A stretch of 64,000 nucleotides of DNA from Azolla caroliniana (Eukaryota; Plantae; Polypodiophyta): the NCBI GenBank assembly GCA_043228905.1, contig JBHGNT010000069.1, forward strand, positions 1 to 64,000. Direction: 5' to 3'. Below are positions 35,762 to 49,851 of the stretch, one piece after another. Position 1 is the stretch's first letter, and each line of letters begins with the position of its first letter. A program made the translations under genes and the position numbers. The notes beneath the pieces were generated by a model. The model ran no database searches. It saw only the letters and a program-made list of their open reading frames with translations, and was not told the DNA's origin.

Positions 35762-38700
35762 ACATTTCTCTTACCTTCTCCATGAAAAAAAAGAAGAGCA
35801 AGAAATAATAGAGTAAAAATAGAACTAATATGAATAATAACAACCATCACCACCACCATTGCAATTCGTACACTTTATGATGAATGATGGTAGTAATAAA
35901 GAGTAATAATTCAGAATTGCAACCTTGGCCATGGCCCATGAGGTATTACACATGCAACATCTAATGCAATCAACCTAGGTTATCTATTTTGCTAACATAT
36001 AGGCATTTAATATGCATACATTACAACAAGGTTTTATTTTAATGTGGGTATGAGGGTGATAATTTACTAATGAGTTCTTTGTAGCCTTTGGGCATCTTTC
36101 CATTAATACCAACCTGAATATTTATTATAAAAAATAAAATAAAATAAGGCTTTATTTTGATGTGCATCCAATAAATATATAAACATATATTTTGTTTTAA
36201 CACTTCAATATGATGTTTTAATGGAGAAAGGAGATAATGACTCTCAAAATACTACCCTTGCCTCTCGGCACATGCCCTTTCATTAACCAAAATGAAGTTC
36301 AACCGTATATTCTGTTTCAGATCTTGATAATGTCTTTTTGGCAGAGAAATGGGAAAATGGTTGCCTAAGTAATTACTAATGTCCTTGCCTCTTAGTCCAT
36401 GCCCTTTCATTAGCCATGATTAGAAAGAGAAGAAAAAGTTTCGGCATTTAAGACAAATGCTCACATTGTTGCATATTGGCACCATCTCATTCCTTGGATT
36501 TCTATCTATAAACTACACAATGCTTCTATAATAGTTATAATGACTAGAGGTCACTAGACATAAGGTAACTATCTTTAACCTAATTACTTTGACAATGTTA
36601 TGAAGTTGTATTCTACTAAAATATACCATTTTCAATACATGAAATGAAATCGTGGATAATCTCTAGTTAAGTTAATGATGAAAATAAAATCTTGAGAGCC
36701 AATGTACTAGTATATGATTGAATCAATAAATTTATTGGTGATAATCAATCTATATAAATGACATATTTCAAGGCCACCTTAAAATATGTGAATGTTATCG
36801 TTGAAAATGTAGTTTCACGAGACATACACATCAACATCACGAATGTACTAGAACCTCCTTAGATTCAAATATGTGCATTTGACAATGATATGTTAAACAT
36901 ATAATTTATACCAAGAGTGTGCACGTGAGCATCATGTCAAAGAAAATCATAACCATATGAACCAAAAATGACAAAAACTTTGTTATAGGGAACTTTCAGT
37001 TTATCAAAACAATGTATCATTTAACAAGATTTTGGTCAAGAAGTAGTCAAGCACCCATTTTAGCAAAGAGAGAACATAAATATTAACGTTGTTGTTCTAT
37101 GGATAAGCACAATGGGTAGGGATACGTGGCATAGACCAAAAAGGTTGGACTTGTCTAAGTACAAGAAAACTTAATTGAAGATCTTTGCTTGGTGAATTCT
37201 CATGTTGGTTTTGAATCTACATATTGTTCCATCACAAGTCAAGGTGTCTTGTAAGTTTGCTCCTAATACTATCCATACATCAAAATTGTATCAATTTAAA
37301 ATATATCTAAATTTCATCAATCCATGGCTGAAACTTGAGCATTACAAAGAATAATTATAAAATGCGGGTTTTTGATGAGAATGAGGGACAAATTAAGAGA
37401 TGATTATACACAAAGATGAGTCATGATTATTCATCATCATAAAATGAAAGAAAATGGGTTGGTGAGATTTTCCACTAATTATTATTTTATTAAATAAGAT
37501 TGTATAGCTAATATATCCACACTACAACAACCCATAAAATTCATTTATGCTACCAAGGTAATGTTTGTTTGCATTTGTTTCAAAATGGTATTTGCTTTAC
37601 GTGAAAGCATAAAATGGTGACATACTAAAATCTACAAGAGTACAAAAAAACTACAATTGTGCATTTACTAAAGACTCTTCAATACTCGGCCCGAAGCAGA
37701 TAACCTGTTTTGGCTTCTCTTTATATATATTTCTTATGAGCATGTGGTCATGCATAGTGATTACAATTCGTACACATTATGTACGTATTCCATCGTCATG
37801 TTCATGGATGATTTGTTTTCTAGATAAATAAAACTACATAATAAGCACGCACATATAATGGTTTGCTTGGATAGCAAAATGTCATTGCAATTTAAAACTA
37901 AATCTAAAGTTTAGGGTTTCATAGTTAATTTCCTTAGAAAATGCATTTAGAACTTAAATTTATTATTTTTTTAAGGGTGAAGTTTATGAAGTAATTGCAT
38001 TCACTTATTTACTCATGACGTACAGAAGAAGAAGAACATATCATATTTTATACTGGTTTGAATGGTCAACATTGCGAACACATCCCAGTTAATGGGTTGT
38101 TCAGAATCGAGATATTACCAAAAAGGTTTGCATTAATGAGTGTTATCCACCCTCCTTGTTAGTACTTGCTTCTAATATTACACACCGAAAGAAATGCTCA
38201 TGAACCATGATGCCTCTTCACAATACGGAACATCGTCGATAAAATAATCACATTGAGACTATACAATGAAATGATGTGTGTGTGAACAAGAAACCCAATT
38301 GAGAATCTAAAAGTCTTTTGAGAGCTTTAAAGCACTATGTTATCCATGAGACATGTTGTACATTGACATTATTTTTCTCAGGGTTTTCACCTAGATTTGA
38401 GATTTCCCATAGACAACAAAGCCTTTCTATCATGAAACCAACAGATTTTAGAATGTGCACGTTTAAAAGCATTTGATGACATATCTAAGCATAAAAAGTT
38501 ATGTATCTTCGGATGGATTTGAGGCCTCCCTTAAATGATAAGTAAAAATATCTTGCAAAGAATAATGGGTTGTATAACTCATGGTTACACGATCGAGGCC
38601 TTTATCAATGACTTTGCGCAAGTTGGCCCCCAACCAATGTCATGTGCATTGGGATATCGTTAAAAACATGCAATGATAGCCTCTAATACCATCTAGTTCA

Positions 38701-39282
38701 CACAATGAAAGTACAAGCATGCACAAGCACATATACAAAACAAATATTGTGAGCTCCATGCCCTAGAACATGTCCTTTTTGTATACTATTAGGCTTACAT
38801 TTATGGAGATGAGTTTGCAAGCTGGTCATTAACAAGGGGAATTGGCCACATTGAATTTACAGACAAGTCCCACATCTATACCATGATAGATATTGATATA
38901 TGGTAGTGTGTTGGGTTGGGTTGGATTGGATTGAAGTGGTTCTAAGGGACCACAAAAGTACGTAGAAGGAGAGTGAGGCTTCCAAAAGGCTAAGCTACAC
39001 TAAATATAATAATCATTTACCGAAATACCCCTAATTGTTCTTTGAACGTCATGGAGAGTACCACGCTACCCTTTCTCTCGTCTTATACTTTCTTTATCCC
39101 ACTCACTCATGACCCTCTTTTCCAATTCCCAAAATATCCCCCCCCCCCCCCCCCCCCCCTTCTCTATGTGTAAAAATAATTCACTTTTTGGTTCCATGGA
39201 TCATACTTGGACTTTGAGGATGATAATAAAGTTTCTCTCTCTATTACTCCATAGACATCTCTTACTTCACTAGATGCCACTA

Positions 39283-39351
39283 TGGAATGTTGGCATTGAA
39301 CCCATGACCATCCAATCTCCATTGGGCAACCTTACCAACTGAGCTACATCC
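39283..39351 (-). mobile_element. tRNA-derived SINE head or tRNA pseudogene
   Basis: Minus strand GGATGTAGCTCAGTTGGTAAGG...GGGTTCAATGCCAACATTCCA: A box and B box at tRNA spacing; anticodon arm degenerate. Confidence 0.55.
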
Positions 39352-40003
39352 ATCGTAGCTCTCTCGCTCTCTCTCTTTTGTCTCTCCTCCAATGGCTAGT
39401 AAAAACTCCAAATTTTCCTACAATCCAAATACTTGTCCCTCTCTAAAATAGTTGAAGAGATAGACAGATAGATAAGGAAGTCGATAACGTCTAGAGATCG
39501 AAATACAGAGAGTATGGGCAGTGTGAATTTCCAAAGGCTTGTGATGTTGGGAAACTTTGGTTTTGTATTCATACATACATACATACATATATATTATATA
39601 TCTATCTATCTATCTATCTATCTATATAAAATTAACATACATTCATATAATTAACATATGTATGTTACATCAACATGTATGTATGTATGTATGTATGTAT
39701 GTATGTATGTATATAAGTCAAAATGTGTGTTTGTGTGGATCCATCCATCCTCCTCTGTTTGTCCTTGTTTTTTCTCCATTTGAGATATAGAGAAGAAGAA
39801 GGTATCAAACAATCAAACACAACCCAACAAAACAAAACAAACATTATCACACACAACACATATACAGAGAGACAGAGAGAGAGAGAGAGAGAAAGAGAGA
39901 GATTTCTCCTCCCCTGCTCCCCCCCCCCCCCCCCCCCCCTCAAACTGCAGAGAGAGAGAGAGTCTCTCTTCCCCTCCAATTTCTTCTTCTTCCTCCTCAT
40001 CTA

Positions 40004-42521
40004 ATGGCGTCCTCTGCTCAATTGCGCCTCATGTCTGATCTGAAGTCTATCTGCAACGAACCCCCCGAGGTTTTCAGCACCTTCCCCTCACGCACACGCA
40101 CACGCACACGCACACATACACACTTTTCTCTTTCCCAGTATTTTTTTTGTTGTTGTGTCTAATTTTGCTGTCTAGACTTTGTTTTCTTTTCTTTTTTGTC
40201 TGGTTTTGGCTAGGATTTTGATTTGGGTAATGGTTTTTCGTATTTCCTTTTTAGGGTTTTGTTTCTGTTGATGATCTGTGGTGTTGTTTTAGGGTTCTAT
40301 TTCTGTTGATTGTCCCTGCCCTTCAGGGTTTGTTTCTGCTGTTAGGGTTTCTGTTCCTGTTGATTGTACCTGTATATTTTAGGATATCTGTTTCCTTTTA
40401 TTCTCTCTGCTATCTAGGATTTCGTTCTGTTGTTTTCGGTGTGTGTTTTGTAGGGTACTTTCGTTTATTGATTATGCGTGTTTTAGGATCTAATTGATTA
40501 TGTTTTCAGGGGTTTTGTTTTAGATTTTTGTTGTTGTTTTTCTGTGTTTTATGGTTTTGCCTCCTTTGCATCTCTTCTTCTCTTGTCAATCTTAATCCCG
40601 ACTCTTTTTCTGTGTGGTATTCCATCATCGGATCGGATCTGTAGGGATGCAGTGCTAGTCCTCATGGAGAAGAGAATCTCTTTGTATGGAGTGCTACCAT
40701 TTTTGGGCCCGATGACACACCCTGGGAAGGTCAGCTCCTTCTCATAATACTTTTGTCTTTTAAACTGATTATCAGAGTTCTTCATACTCAAAATGCTTTG
40801 CACTGATCTCCTACTTATGCCACTGTAATAGATAAAATATCTGGAAATTTTGTATCTTTCTAAGCAAGCAACTCTGAAGAACTTTGTGCTACGTTTATTT
40901 TGATGTAAAAGTGTTTTTTTTTTCCCATGGGAAGGTGCAAAACGTTTAGTGCTTCCATTGGATTTCTGAAATTGAGTCCATTTGAATGGTGACCATATCA
41001 CAACATATTCTATTGTAATTTTTGGTTATAATGGGGTTTAAAAACCAAAGAGCTTCACATTAAAGCATTTATTCATCACCCTCAGACAACATCCTAGGGA
41101 TGATGACCCTTTGTAGAAATAGTTTACAAGTATTTCTTTGATTGTGATCCATGTGTTGCAAAGGTTCAGTGTCATAACCTTTGAATTGTGTGTTCAAGCT
41201 GCTTCTGGATTTTTTTGTGCACACAAGGTAGTCAAGGAGAAATTTGCTTGCAAATTCTCATGGTGATCATAGATTGATGCCTGGATTGTTTGCTTTATGA
41301 CTATGTTTTGGAAGGGAGGTGCTCGCATTGTAAGCATTTGGGTCCATGTGTTTCTTCAGGAAATGTTAGAATGCTTGAGCTTTTGTTCTATGGTTGCTTT
41401 TGTCGTTCCACTTGTATCCTAAAACTGAATTTCTAAGACCAAAAAGGTTAAAAGTCTTGATTCTTCCTCATGTGCTATTGATTAGACTCTCAATAATTAT
41501 TCCTTGTTTTTTCATTTCATCTGAATTATAGATCAGGTTATGTAGGAATAAAGGATAGAATTCCTGATTGCTATTACATCTTCTTTGAAAGTGATATAAT
41601 GGTTGGAGTTTGCTCACTCAGGTGGCATCTTCTCATTGCGACTGACCTTTGGTGAAAACTATCCAGAAAAACCTCCGAGAGTCCGATTTACATCTGAAGT
41701 ATTCCATCCCAATGGTAAGTAAAAACATTCTACTTGGGTTGTGAAGTTAATGTTCTCTAATTAAAGAAGCCATTATTCTCCTCAGGCATAAAAGATAACA
41801 TTCTCTAATTAAAAATGCCATCTTTTTAACTCGTGCAACCTTGTGCTTATTTGACTGATATGAGGATGAACTACTTTTTCTTGCAGTATATACGGATGGT
41901 ACTTTATGTATGGACATTATTCAGGATGCTTGGTCTCCATGCCATAATGTGTCAACAATTCTTACTTCTATTCAGGTAACCTCTTTGATTTTCAAGAAAT
42001 GCCAGTGGGAAATGTTTTTCCATGTTTCGAATCTATTTTAAATATGCCGCCTTTTGGTTTTTGGTGAAACAGTCCCTTTTAACTGATCCCAATCCGGCAA
42101 GTCCTGCTAATCCAGGAGCAGCCCATTTGTATCAAAATGATATTAAAATGTATAACAGGTAAATTAAGAATCTAGCTTTCTGTAGATATTGTTACTGATA
42201 TGAATATCATACATGATATTGCAAAGCCAAAATTGTTCTGTGAATCCTAGCATTTCTTTATACATCTTCAGACAGATGCATCATACATGTCATCCATTAC
42301 TTCATAATCATCTATTACTTCATAAGCATTGAAGGATAGATACTTCATAGATATATACGTAATTGGTAATGTATGTGTATGCATGTAGATATAAGCACAA
42401 GCATACAATCTCATATATTCATACATGTAGATATAAGCACAAACATTATTGTCTTATTGTGGTGTGTGTTCTCGTACGCAGGAAAGTAAGGCAATGTGTA
42501 CGCAAGTCAGTGGAGCAGTAA
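40004..42521 (+). CDS. Ubiquitin-conjugating enzyme E2, divergent RAD6/UBC2-like, 152 aa; exons 40004-40069, 40645-40729, 41622-41714, 41887-41975, 42073-42158, 42482-42521
   Basis: GT-AG introns give a 459-nt open CDS: [38 protein letters not shown] (catalytic Cys), [13 protein letters not shown]. Confidence 0.95.
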
Positions 42522-44944
42522 TACATATTCTTATTCTTATTGAATATGTTTGTCCAGAGGGTCTGCTGATCTAATTTCATAGCTCTTTGTTATTGCATTT
42601 CAATTGTACAGTTCATAATTGTAGCTTGCCCCAGACTCAACAAAATTAATGGTACCCTTAGTGATCCATCAATCTGGATTAATTTCTATAGACTGAATCC
42701 ATAAAAAGTAATGCTTGTACATGTCATGTCAATCAAGATTGAAAATATTGAATGTATACATTCAGAAGATGACTATCCTAACATCTTATGTATGTGTGCC
42801 AATCAATTCCATGTTATTTCCTATTTTATATATGATTACCAGTGCTCTTCATGCTTGCTTTTGTTCATCTGTAGGGATTGTGAATGTTGAAAGTGAGTGC
42901 TAACATTCCCTTGACAGTATGTCATCTTTTATGTAATCAGACATTTTTGTATGTTGATGAAAAAATCAGCATCCCATTACATAAAAGACTAATTATATTG
43001 TTAAGAGTTACTCTTTACTTGTCCCCTCTGTTAAAGGCTTGTCTTTGTTGGAAACTAGTGATGACACAATTATTGAAGTAAACTAGTACAACCTCATCTA
43101 CATTAAATTACTGCATTAAAAATAGGTAGCCACGAAAAACTTAGGTGAGACTAGTGTCAAGAAGATTTGGATGGAAGTAAATGTCAACTAGTGAAAAGGT
43201 AGTAATTTTCAGCTTGGGGTTGAGAATAGATGGGCATTGATGGTGGTTTTAACTATTTTGGTGGTGGAAGTATGGTTGATGGTTGAGCTTTTAAGAAGCT
43301 TCACGAGTGAATGGATGATTTGGTCTCTTTTCTTCTTTGGAGGCATATCCTATGTATTAGCAATGTGAAAGTGAGAGAAGGCCTATATCTCATTGAATTG
43401 AAACATGAATAATTGAAAATCAGTGGGTTTTGAACTTATTATACAAAAATTATGATTTTCATGATGTCTTCCTACATGTTTAACAATTTTGAGTGAAATA
43501 AATATCCATATTAACAATGATTATAAAATGCAAAAATGGTAAGAGATTTTAAGTCAATTGTTATTATATGCAAAAGAGGAATCAGATTTATGCCAAGCTT
43601 TTCATGTAAATCCATCTTAAGGTGTACTCCCCCATCAGCACCAGAGTTGATTATAGGCACAATTTCTTCTCTTCATGGATCAATATTGGCCTCTCTATGG
43701 GCGCTAAAAAATATCTAATCTAATATCTAGAACCATCTTTAAAGCTCCCTTTCATGATTTAACCCACACTTACTCTCAATAGTCCCTCCACCATTAACTC
43801 GATCAATGTCCATTTTCTCCTTTCACGAGGTCTGTCAAAGTGTCCACAATCCAGAAGCGATCTTCATCTTCAATATCCTTCTCAAATTCCACAAGTACAT
43901 CCATTTCTCTCAGTTGGACATATAAAGCCTTCGCAGGACCCCTAATGATCATCTTTAACACTTTATCAAGATTTTCATTACCTCAACCATAAAATTGGCT
44001 ATCAACAGCCTCATAAACATTGTATGTGACATTGGTCGCAGACCCAGACTGCACTCCTTTGATCTCAGCATAAATAGATGTTGACCATAAATCATTTTCC
44101 CCCTTCCACAAACGCAGATCTTGATTGAATAGACATTTGATCGTAAATCACTTCTCCCAATCTCCTTAATTCTTTCCCATGTTACCTATACCCATCAACG
44201 ACCTTTATCAGCTGGTGAATCTATCTCTGTAGGAATAATGTGTCCTTTAGGGTTTTTTCTAATTGGATACACATGGTGGGATCTTCCAATCATGTTGAAC
44301 AGGCAGTGAGTTACTTGAACCTTGCTTCAACTTCAGAAGTTCTCTTGACCATGCAAATGAACCCCCTTTTTGTTCTGGAATTAAGAAACCATAATCAAAC
44401 CGTTGTGACAGTAATGTATTTTATATATGAATTGAGTGGGCACTCAATCTTCTTGGTTGGTTGCAAGCATGAACTGTAACATATGAACAACCTTCTCACA
44501 AGCTTGTCTATTTCTCTTCATCGTTGCTTCTTTTATTTTTCTGTTCTCCCACTTCCATTTACACATCCATATCCATATTGGAGAGGAGCCTCAAACAAGA
44601 TTCGAAATGCCAAGAAGAACAATTCTCTATACATTTTCAGATTCCTTAAGAATGGTATCGAAATCAAACTACCCCATTCATTGACAAACATAATATTGCT
44701 GACCTCAGTTTTCCAATCTTTAATGCGGCCCATGTTGAGAGGGATACTGAATGATGTCTTGAATCTTAGGATAGGAGGCACAATAGTCAAAATTCTCATT
44801 TCAATGACGAAGTATGAATCCCCAGAACTTTCCATAGGGGAAGGAATTGTATTGGGCAAAGCAGAGCAGCTGTAGCACAATTGTTTAGGCAAGTTAGATG
44901 CTAGTTGAAAATCAATGAGGGCTTCTTTGAGTTCTCTGCCTAAG

Positions 44945-46460
44945 ATGAAGGATTAGATGTCCCAAAACTTATGACAGAGGTTATTCTATTATGCTTATAT
45001 GCAGATGATGATGAGCTCTTCTCATATAATCTGGAAGTTATGCACCGGTTGGTGTCTTAGAAACATTTTGTAAAAGTAGTGAGATAACAGAGAATGTGGA
45101 CAACATGAAAATGATGGTAATAAGGACCCATTCAACCAAGAAACTACCATATTTTGACATACAAGGGAGAACCAATATAATTAGCACAACTAATATTGAT
45201 GTCCCAGTAACAAACAATGGAGTGTATGCTATGAACCTAAACTTCAAACAAGATGGAATGGTTATTTCGGAATCAATATTTAGGAATCAATGCAACCAAG
45301 CGTGCTCAGGGATGGAAAGTGAGATTGATGCTCATTACTGCTATTGATCCCACTTAGTGCATGGACAATCATGGTCAGTTCTCTTATAGCAAAGCTATTT
45401 AGATGTATAACGGAAGCTAAGTTAAGTGCATGGGCTGAAAAGAATGGTAAGACGGTTTACACACAAGCTATTTCCAAAAACACTATAGCATCATTGATCA
45501 CCTTGTCACTCTTTGAGTGCTAATGGAAGAAAGTCATTTGAGAGTTAAAGGACTATATTATGTGTTCATAGACTTCAAAAAAGATTTTTATTTGCTGAAT
45601 TGTAAGGATCTTTCAAGACACATGCAAGAACTTCAAGCATTAGGTGAATAGATGCTTGCAATCTCTTGAATCTAAACAAAGGTGATATGCATGTGCATAT
45701 GAAGTTCAGATTTTTTCATTAGCACTACAGGTGTTAAGCAAGGATACCCACTCTCACTCGCTCCCTTTGGTTTATGCATTGATAAAAAAAACAAATGGTT
45801 GATGAGTTTGTAAAGCAAGAACACATTAAAGAAGTTATCATTGGGAATAGAGTTATCATGTTTTTGTTATACAAAGATGATGTAGTTCTTATTGCAAATA
45901 CTTTAGAAGATACCCAAAAGCTTATGTGTGTAATCGAAAACTTTTGTATGCACACCCCATCCTACGTCTTGAGATTGAATCACTTCCCATTGATATCATG
46001 TCCATGGAAAGGATTATTGAGTACATGCTTATGGTTCAAAACAAAAAAACTCACATAAACTTTCTAAGATCACATGAGAAGCAAGTACAAAGATTGAAGA
46101 GACACACAAAAACAAGTTGGATTCGAGTTCAAGATGGATGGAAGATATGAATAAATGGTTTGGAAATCGGATGCATCATGTTTGCTTCATGAAGCATCAT
46201 TCAATTCCTCCATGATTGAGGCTTTTTTGAAACACCAATATATCACCGCTCAAGAAAGATGTGGAGGCTCACGTTTCACACATTATATTATGCATGTTTC
46301 ATCAAACTAAAAATCCATCTTCTCGAGCGGTCATCTATATCCAATCTTTTTGTTTGTCATCTATATCATTCCTGCCATACCAATTACTTCATATTCTCTT
46401 TGATGTGAAATGGGGCATTGGGACACAGGTAAGAAGACATGTCGTATATTTTTCTCTGAA
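44945..46460 (+). mobile_element. Decayed LINE (RTE-like) RT fragments, apparently two pieces
   Basis: CLYADD near 45000; then IDHLVTL, FIDFKK, GVKQGYPLS, LLYKDDVVL. Confidence 0.8.
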
Positions 46461-47596
46461 CAAGTTCAGGAGTGTAAGTGTTACCCTCTGAGACAACCTT
46501 CTGCTTCGGCCAATTTGAATTGGCAGGTGTAAGTGTTACCCTCTGTGACAACGTGCTGCCTTCGAACAATTTGAATTTGCATTCACACATTGTCAATCCT
46601 GTCCACTCCCTATGCACATTCCTCTCACAGTGCACTCTCAATCCTATGTCAATTAGTAAAATTCTTCAGCATACTCAATTCCACACATATTACGTGACAA
46701 TATTTCACTTTTGGTCCCATAGGCCATATTGGTCTCCAAAGAAGATAATAAAATCTAAACCATTGGCTCCTAATGTTTTTATTTGTCACCAATGTTTGCC
46801 CATCATTGGCATACGCTTTTCATCGAGCCACTCTATGTGAATCAGGCATTAGATAGGGAATCTACATTCTTTAGGAGGCCCAAGTTTGGAGAATTTGGAA
46901 CAAACTCATCTATAAACTTTCCATCTAAGACATGATTCTTTCCTATATGTACCAAGCATGCCCAGAAACACTTCTCCATATTTCAAAAATTTAAGATAAA
47001 AGGTAATTTTGTTGTGGTAGGTATCTATCAATGCATGAAGACAAGAAATACTTAAATGGCTGAAGATTATTGAAATATTTCCTTTTGCCGAAAATCGAGG
47101 GAAATGAGCTTCTGTAAATTTTCTTTTTCTCTTTCATTTGAACATAGCAATGAGAGTGTAATCGATATGCATGGCTGAATCAAGGGGTTAATACTTTCAT
47201 TGCTGTCATCAAAGCAAGATTATTCTTAAATGGGTCCACTATTCACCAAGGATATTTTTAATACCTGGAAACTAGCAGGGGTATTGTCTGATACTCCAAA
47301 AGTATTGGAAGGATATCCTTTATGTTTTCCCTTTTAGTTTATAACATATATTCTCCAAATGAGCTTGAAATCAATCAGTATAATTTCCCATTTGAAGAGA
47401 AACTGACAAGTACTCCTTTTAACTCACATACCTTTTTTTTTAGTAACACTTTTATTACTAGTGGGAAACCTCAAAGTGAGGCTTTTAACTCACATACAAT
47501 ATAATCGATGTGAACAATAATCCATACATAATGAATAGCCTTACATGACAGCATATACATATATATATTTCCTTGTAGAAAGACTTTGGCAACTTG

Positions 47597-49851
47597 TCAC
47601 ACTAGTTTTGCGAGTTCCACATTATACACATTAGCCAAGTAATCTCCAAATCTTACCTCTTTATAACGTGCCGGTTGATGTTCACTTACCAATTCTTCAA
47701 TAGGAGCAATATTTTCATCTTCTTTCGGCCCAAAAATGCAAGCTACCGACATCCGGGGTCTCTCTGAGTTGGTAAGCACAGTATGCTTGATACTTTTATA
47801 TATTCCATTGCTCAATATCTACACATGCACTTTCATGTTTCAAAGAAACATCATATAGACACATAAATATATATGCATTGAGATTTTCAATTATTGGATT
47901 CATGATGACATGTAATGGGCATGTGTTTTACAATGCATGAACCAAGAGGTAGGATATACCTCTACTTGATCCCCGATGTTGACAACAAAGGCGTTTGCCA
48001 AGGGTTTGACTTGAACCCATTCGTTCTTCCTTTCGATCCATAGGCCGGCAACATCATCTTGTAGAAGAATTGTGAGTGATCCTCCATCTGTGTGTGCAGT
48101 CGAACCATATGTAATGCTCGGATCCGGACATCGTGGGTAATAATTCACACACATAGCAAGCCATGGTATACCAGGTAATGTCTTCTCTATGCAAATAGAA
48201 CTCAGACCCAAGCCTTCAAAAATGGCCTCATATAACTGTTTCGCAAGTCTTGCAACCTCATATCTAAAGTCTTGGAAAGCTCCTCTGAAACCAAAATAAG
48301 TCCAAATGGCAAAATCTCGTTTTTAAATTTTTTCCAGTGCCTGATGTTTCTTCCATTGTGAAAATTCTTGAGATGTTTCATAAAAGTGACCATTTCAAAG
48401 TAGATAGGAGTTATGCAATGTGTTTAACCATAATAGCATATGAATTAAATGGATGCAGTTACCTTAAGCCCTTATTTTACTATTTAAATAGAGCATTAGC
48501 AGAGTCAATAGGAAAATAATGCAAATCGTATTCATTAAAAACCCGTTGATGAGGGTATTTGAATAGACCTTAACTACATGAGTTGTAGAAGATTTGCAAA
48601 TGCCTGCTCAAGAATCCCTTTATTCCATTACCTCCAAGTATTAGAACTTAATCATAAGTAAATCATGATCACAAATAGAAAATTTCGAGATTTAAGCCTT
48701 GTAGTGGCACTATTGCTTTTAGAAAATGATAAATAAATAAATAATCCAGACACAAATGAACCTATCTCAAGCCATAATATTGACTCCCAATGGTTTACTG
48801 TTCAGGTTCTAGGTTCTCAAATCCAGAATCTAGGGGTTTAGCGTTTCAGGTTTAAGGTTTTGCATCCCCATAACACCCAACATATGTAGAAAAAAAACAA
48901 AATGCAACACAAAGTTGAGTATACAAAATGCGAGAAGGCATAAAAGAGGGTGAGATGAAACCGGCAAACATCTGGTGCGATTCCAAAACCATCAACGGGG
49001 TTTCCTGGGAAATCTCGCACATAAAGCACATCTTTCCAGTCATTGGCCTTCTCCTTGACGGGATTAAAGCTTGTGGAGTAAGCTAATGGGTCATCGAAGC
49101 TCTGGCTCCTATAAATGTTCCTCATTTCTGGAGGCTGCTGGAAGAATCTTGAACAAGATGCCCTCATCTCTATCATCACATCATGCGGCACTCCATGGTT
49201 AATAACCTGCAACAACAACAACAAAAGCATTGAACAGATCAATTAGATTTTTTCAGTACCGTTTTTGGAATGTTCTTGGACTAATTCTAGATCCCAATCA
49301 CTTATAACATCGACATGGATTTATATGCAAATGGATCAAATGCTACTTTCAGGGAGGAGTGAATATGAAATATTAGGAGAGGCACCGGGAAATGAGAAAC
49401 CCGAGAGAAAATCCTACTCAAATATGTATGTATGTATGTATGTCATTCCCAATGAATGTATTGTATGTATTGTGCGTATATGTATATGACATTGTTATGA
49501 AAGAAAGAAAGTATGTATGGTGCGTGCCATGAAAGTGTGTATGCATGATGTACGTATGTGTGCCATCGCTATGCATGCATGGAATTAAGTAGAGATAGAT
49601 AATAATAAAAAAGAGTGTGCCTGGAAGAAGCCCCAATCAGTGCAAGCCTCTCTGATACGTTGAAGGATCAGATGTCTGTGATGTGAAGAGAAGAGGTCGG
49701 CGATGTCAATGACGGGGATCTGGGCGGCACAATCATGTTGATGGATGAATCTTTCATGAGGAGGGCGGATATAAGAAGAAGGTACTGCGGAGAGACCACC
49801 TTCCAGGAGCTCCTGAAGACAAGGGGGTAAAGGTTCAGAGGCACAGTCCAT
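47597..49851 (-). CDS. 2-oxoglutarate/Fe(II) dioxygenase, DOXC class (DMR6/FNS I-like), 340 aa; exons 49851-49621, 49206-48962, 48284-47960, 47818-47597
   Basis: IPVID, WGFFQ|VINHGV, NYYPRCPDP, HTD...H iron triad, RMS; exon phases sum to 1023 nt; intron 1 needs a GC donor. Confidence 0.92.

Noticed and set aside
36255-36418. Short direct repeats (also ~33867-33954 and ~46470-46552)
   Set aside because: Small local duplications with no further structure
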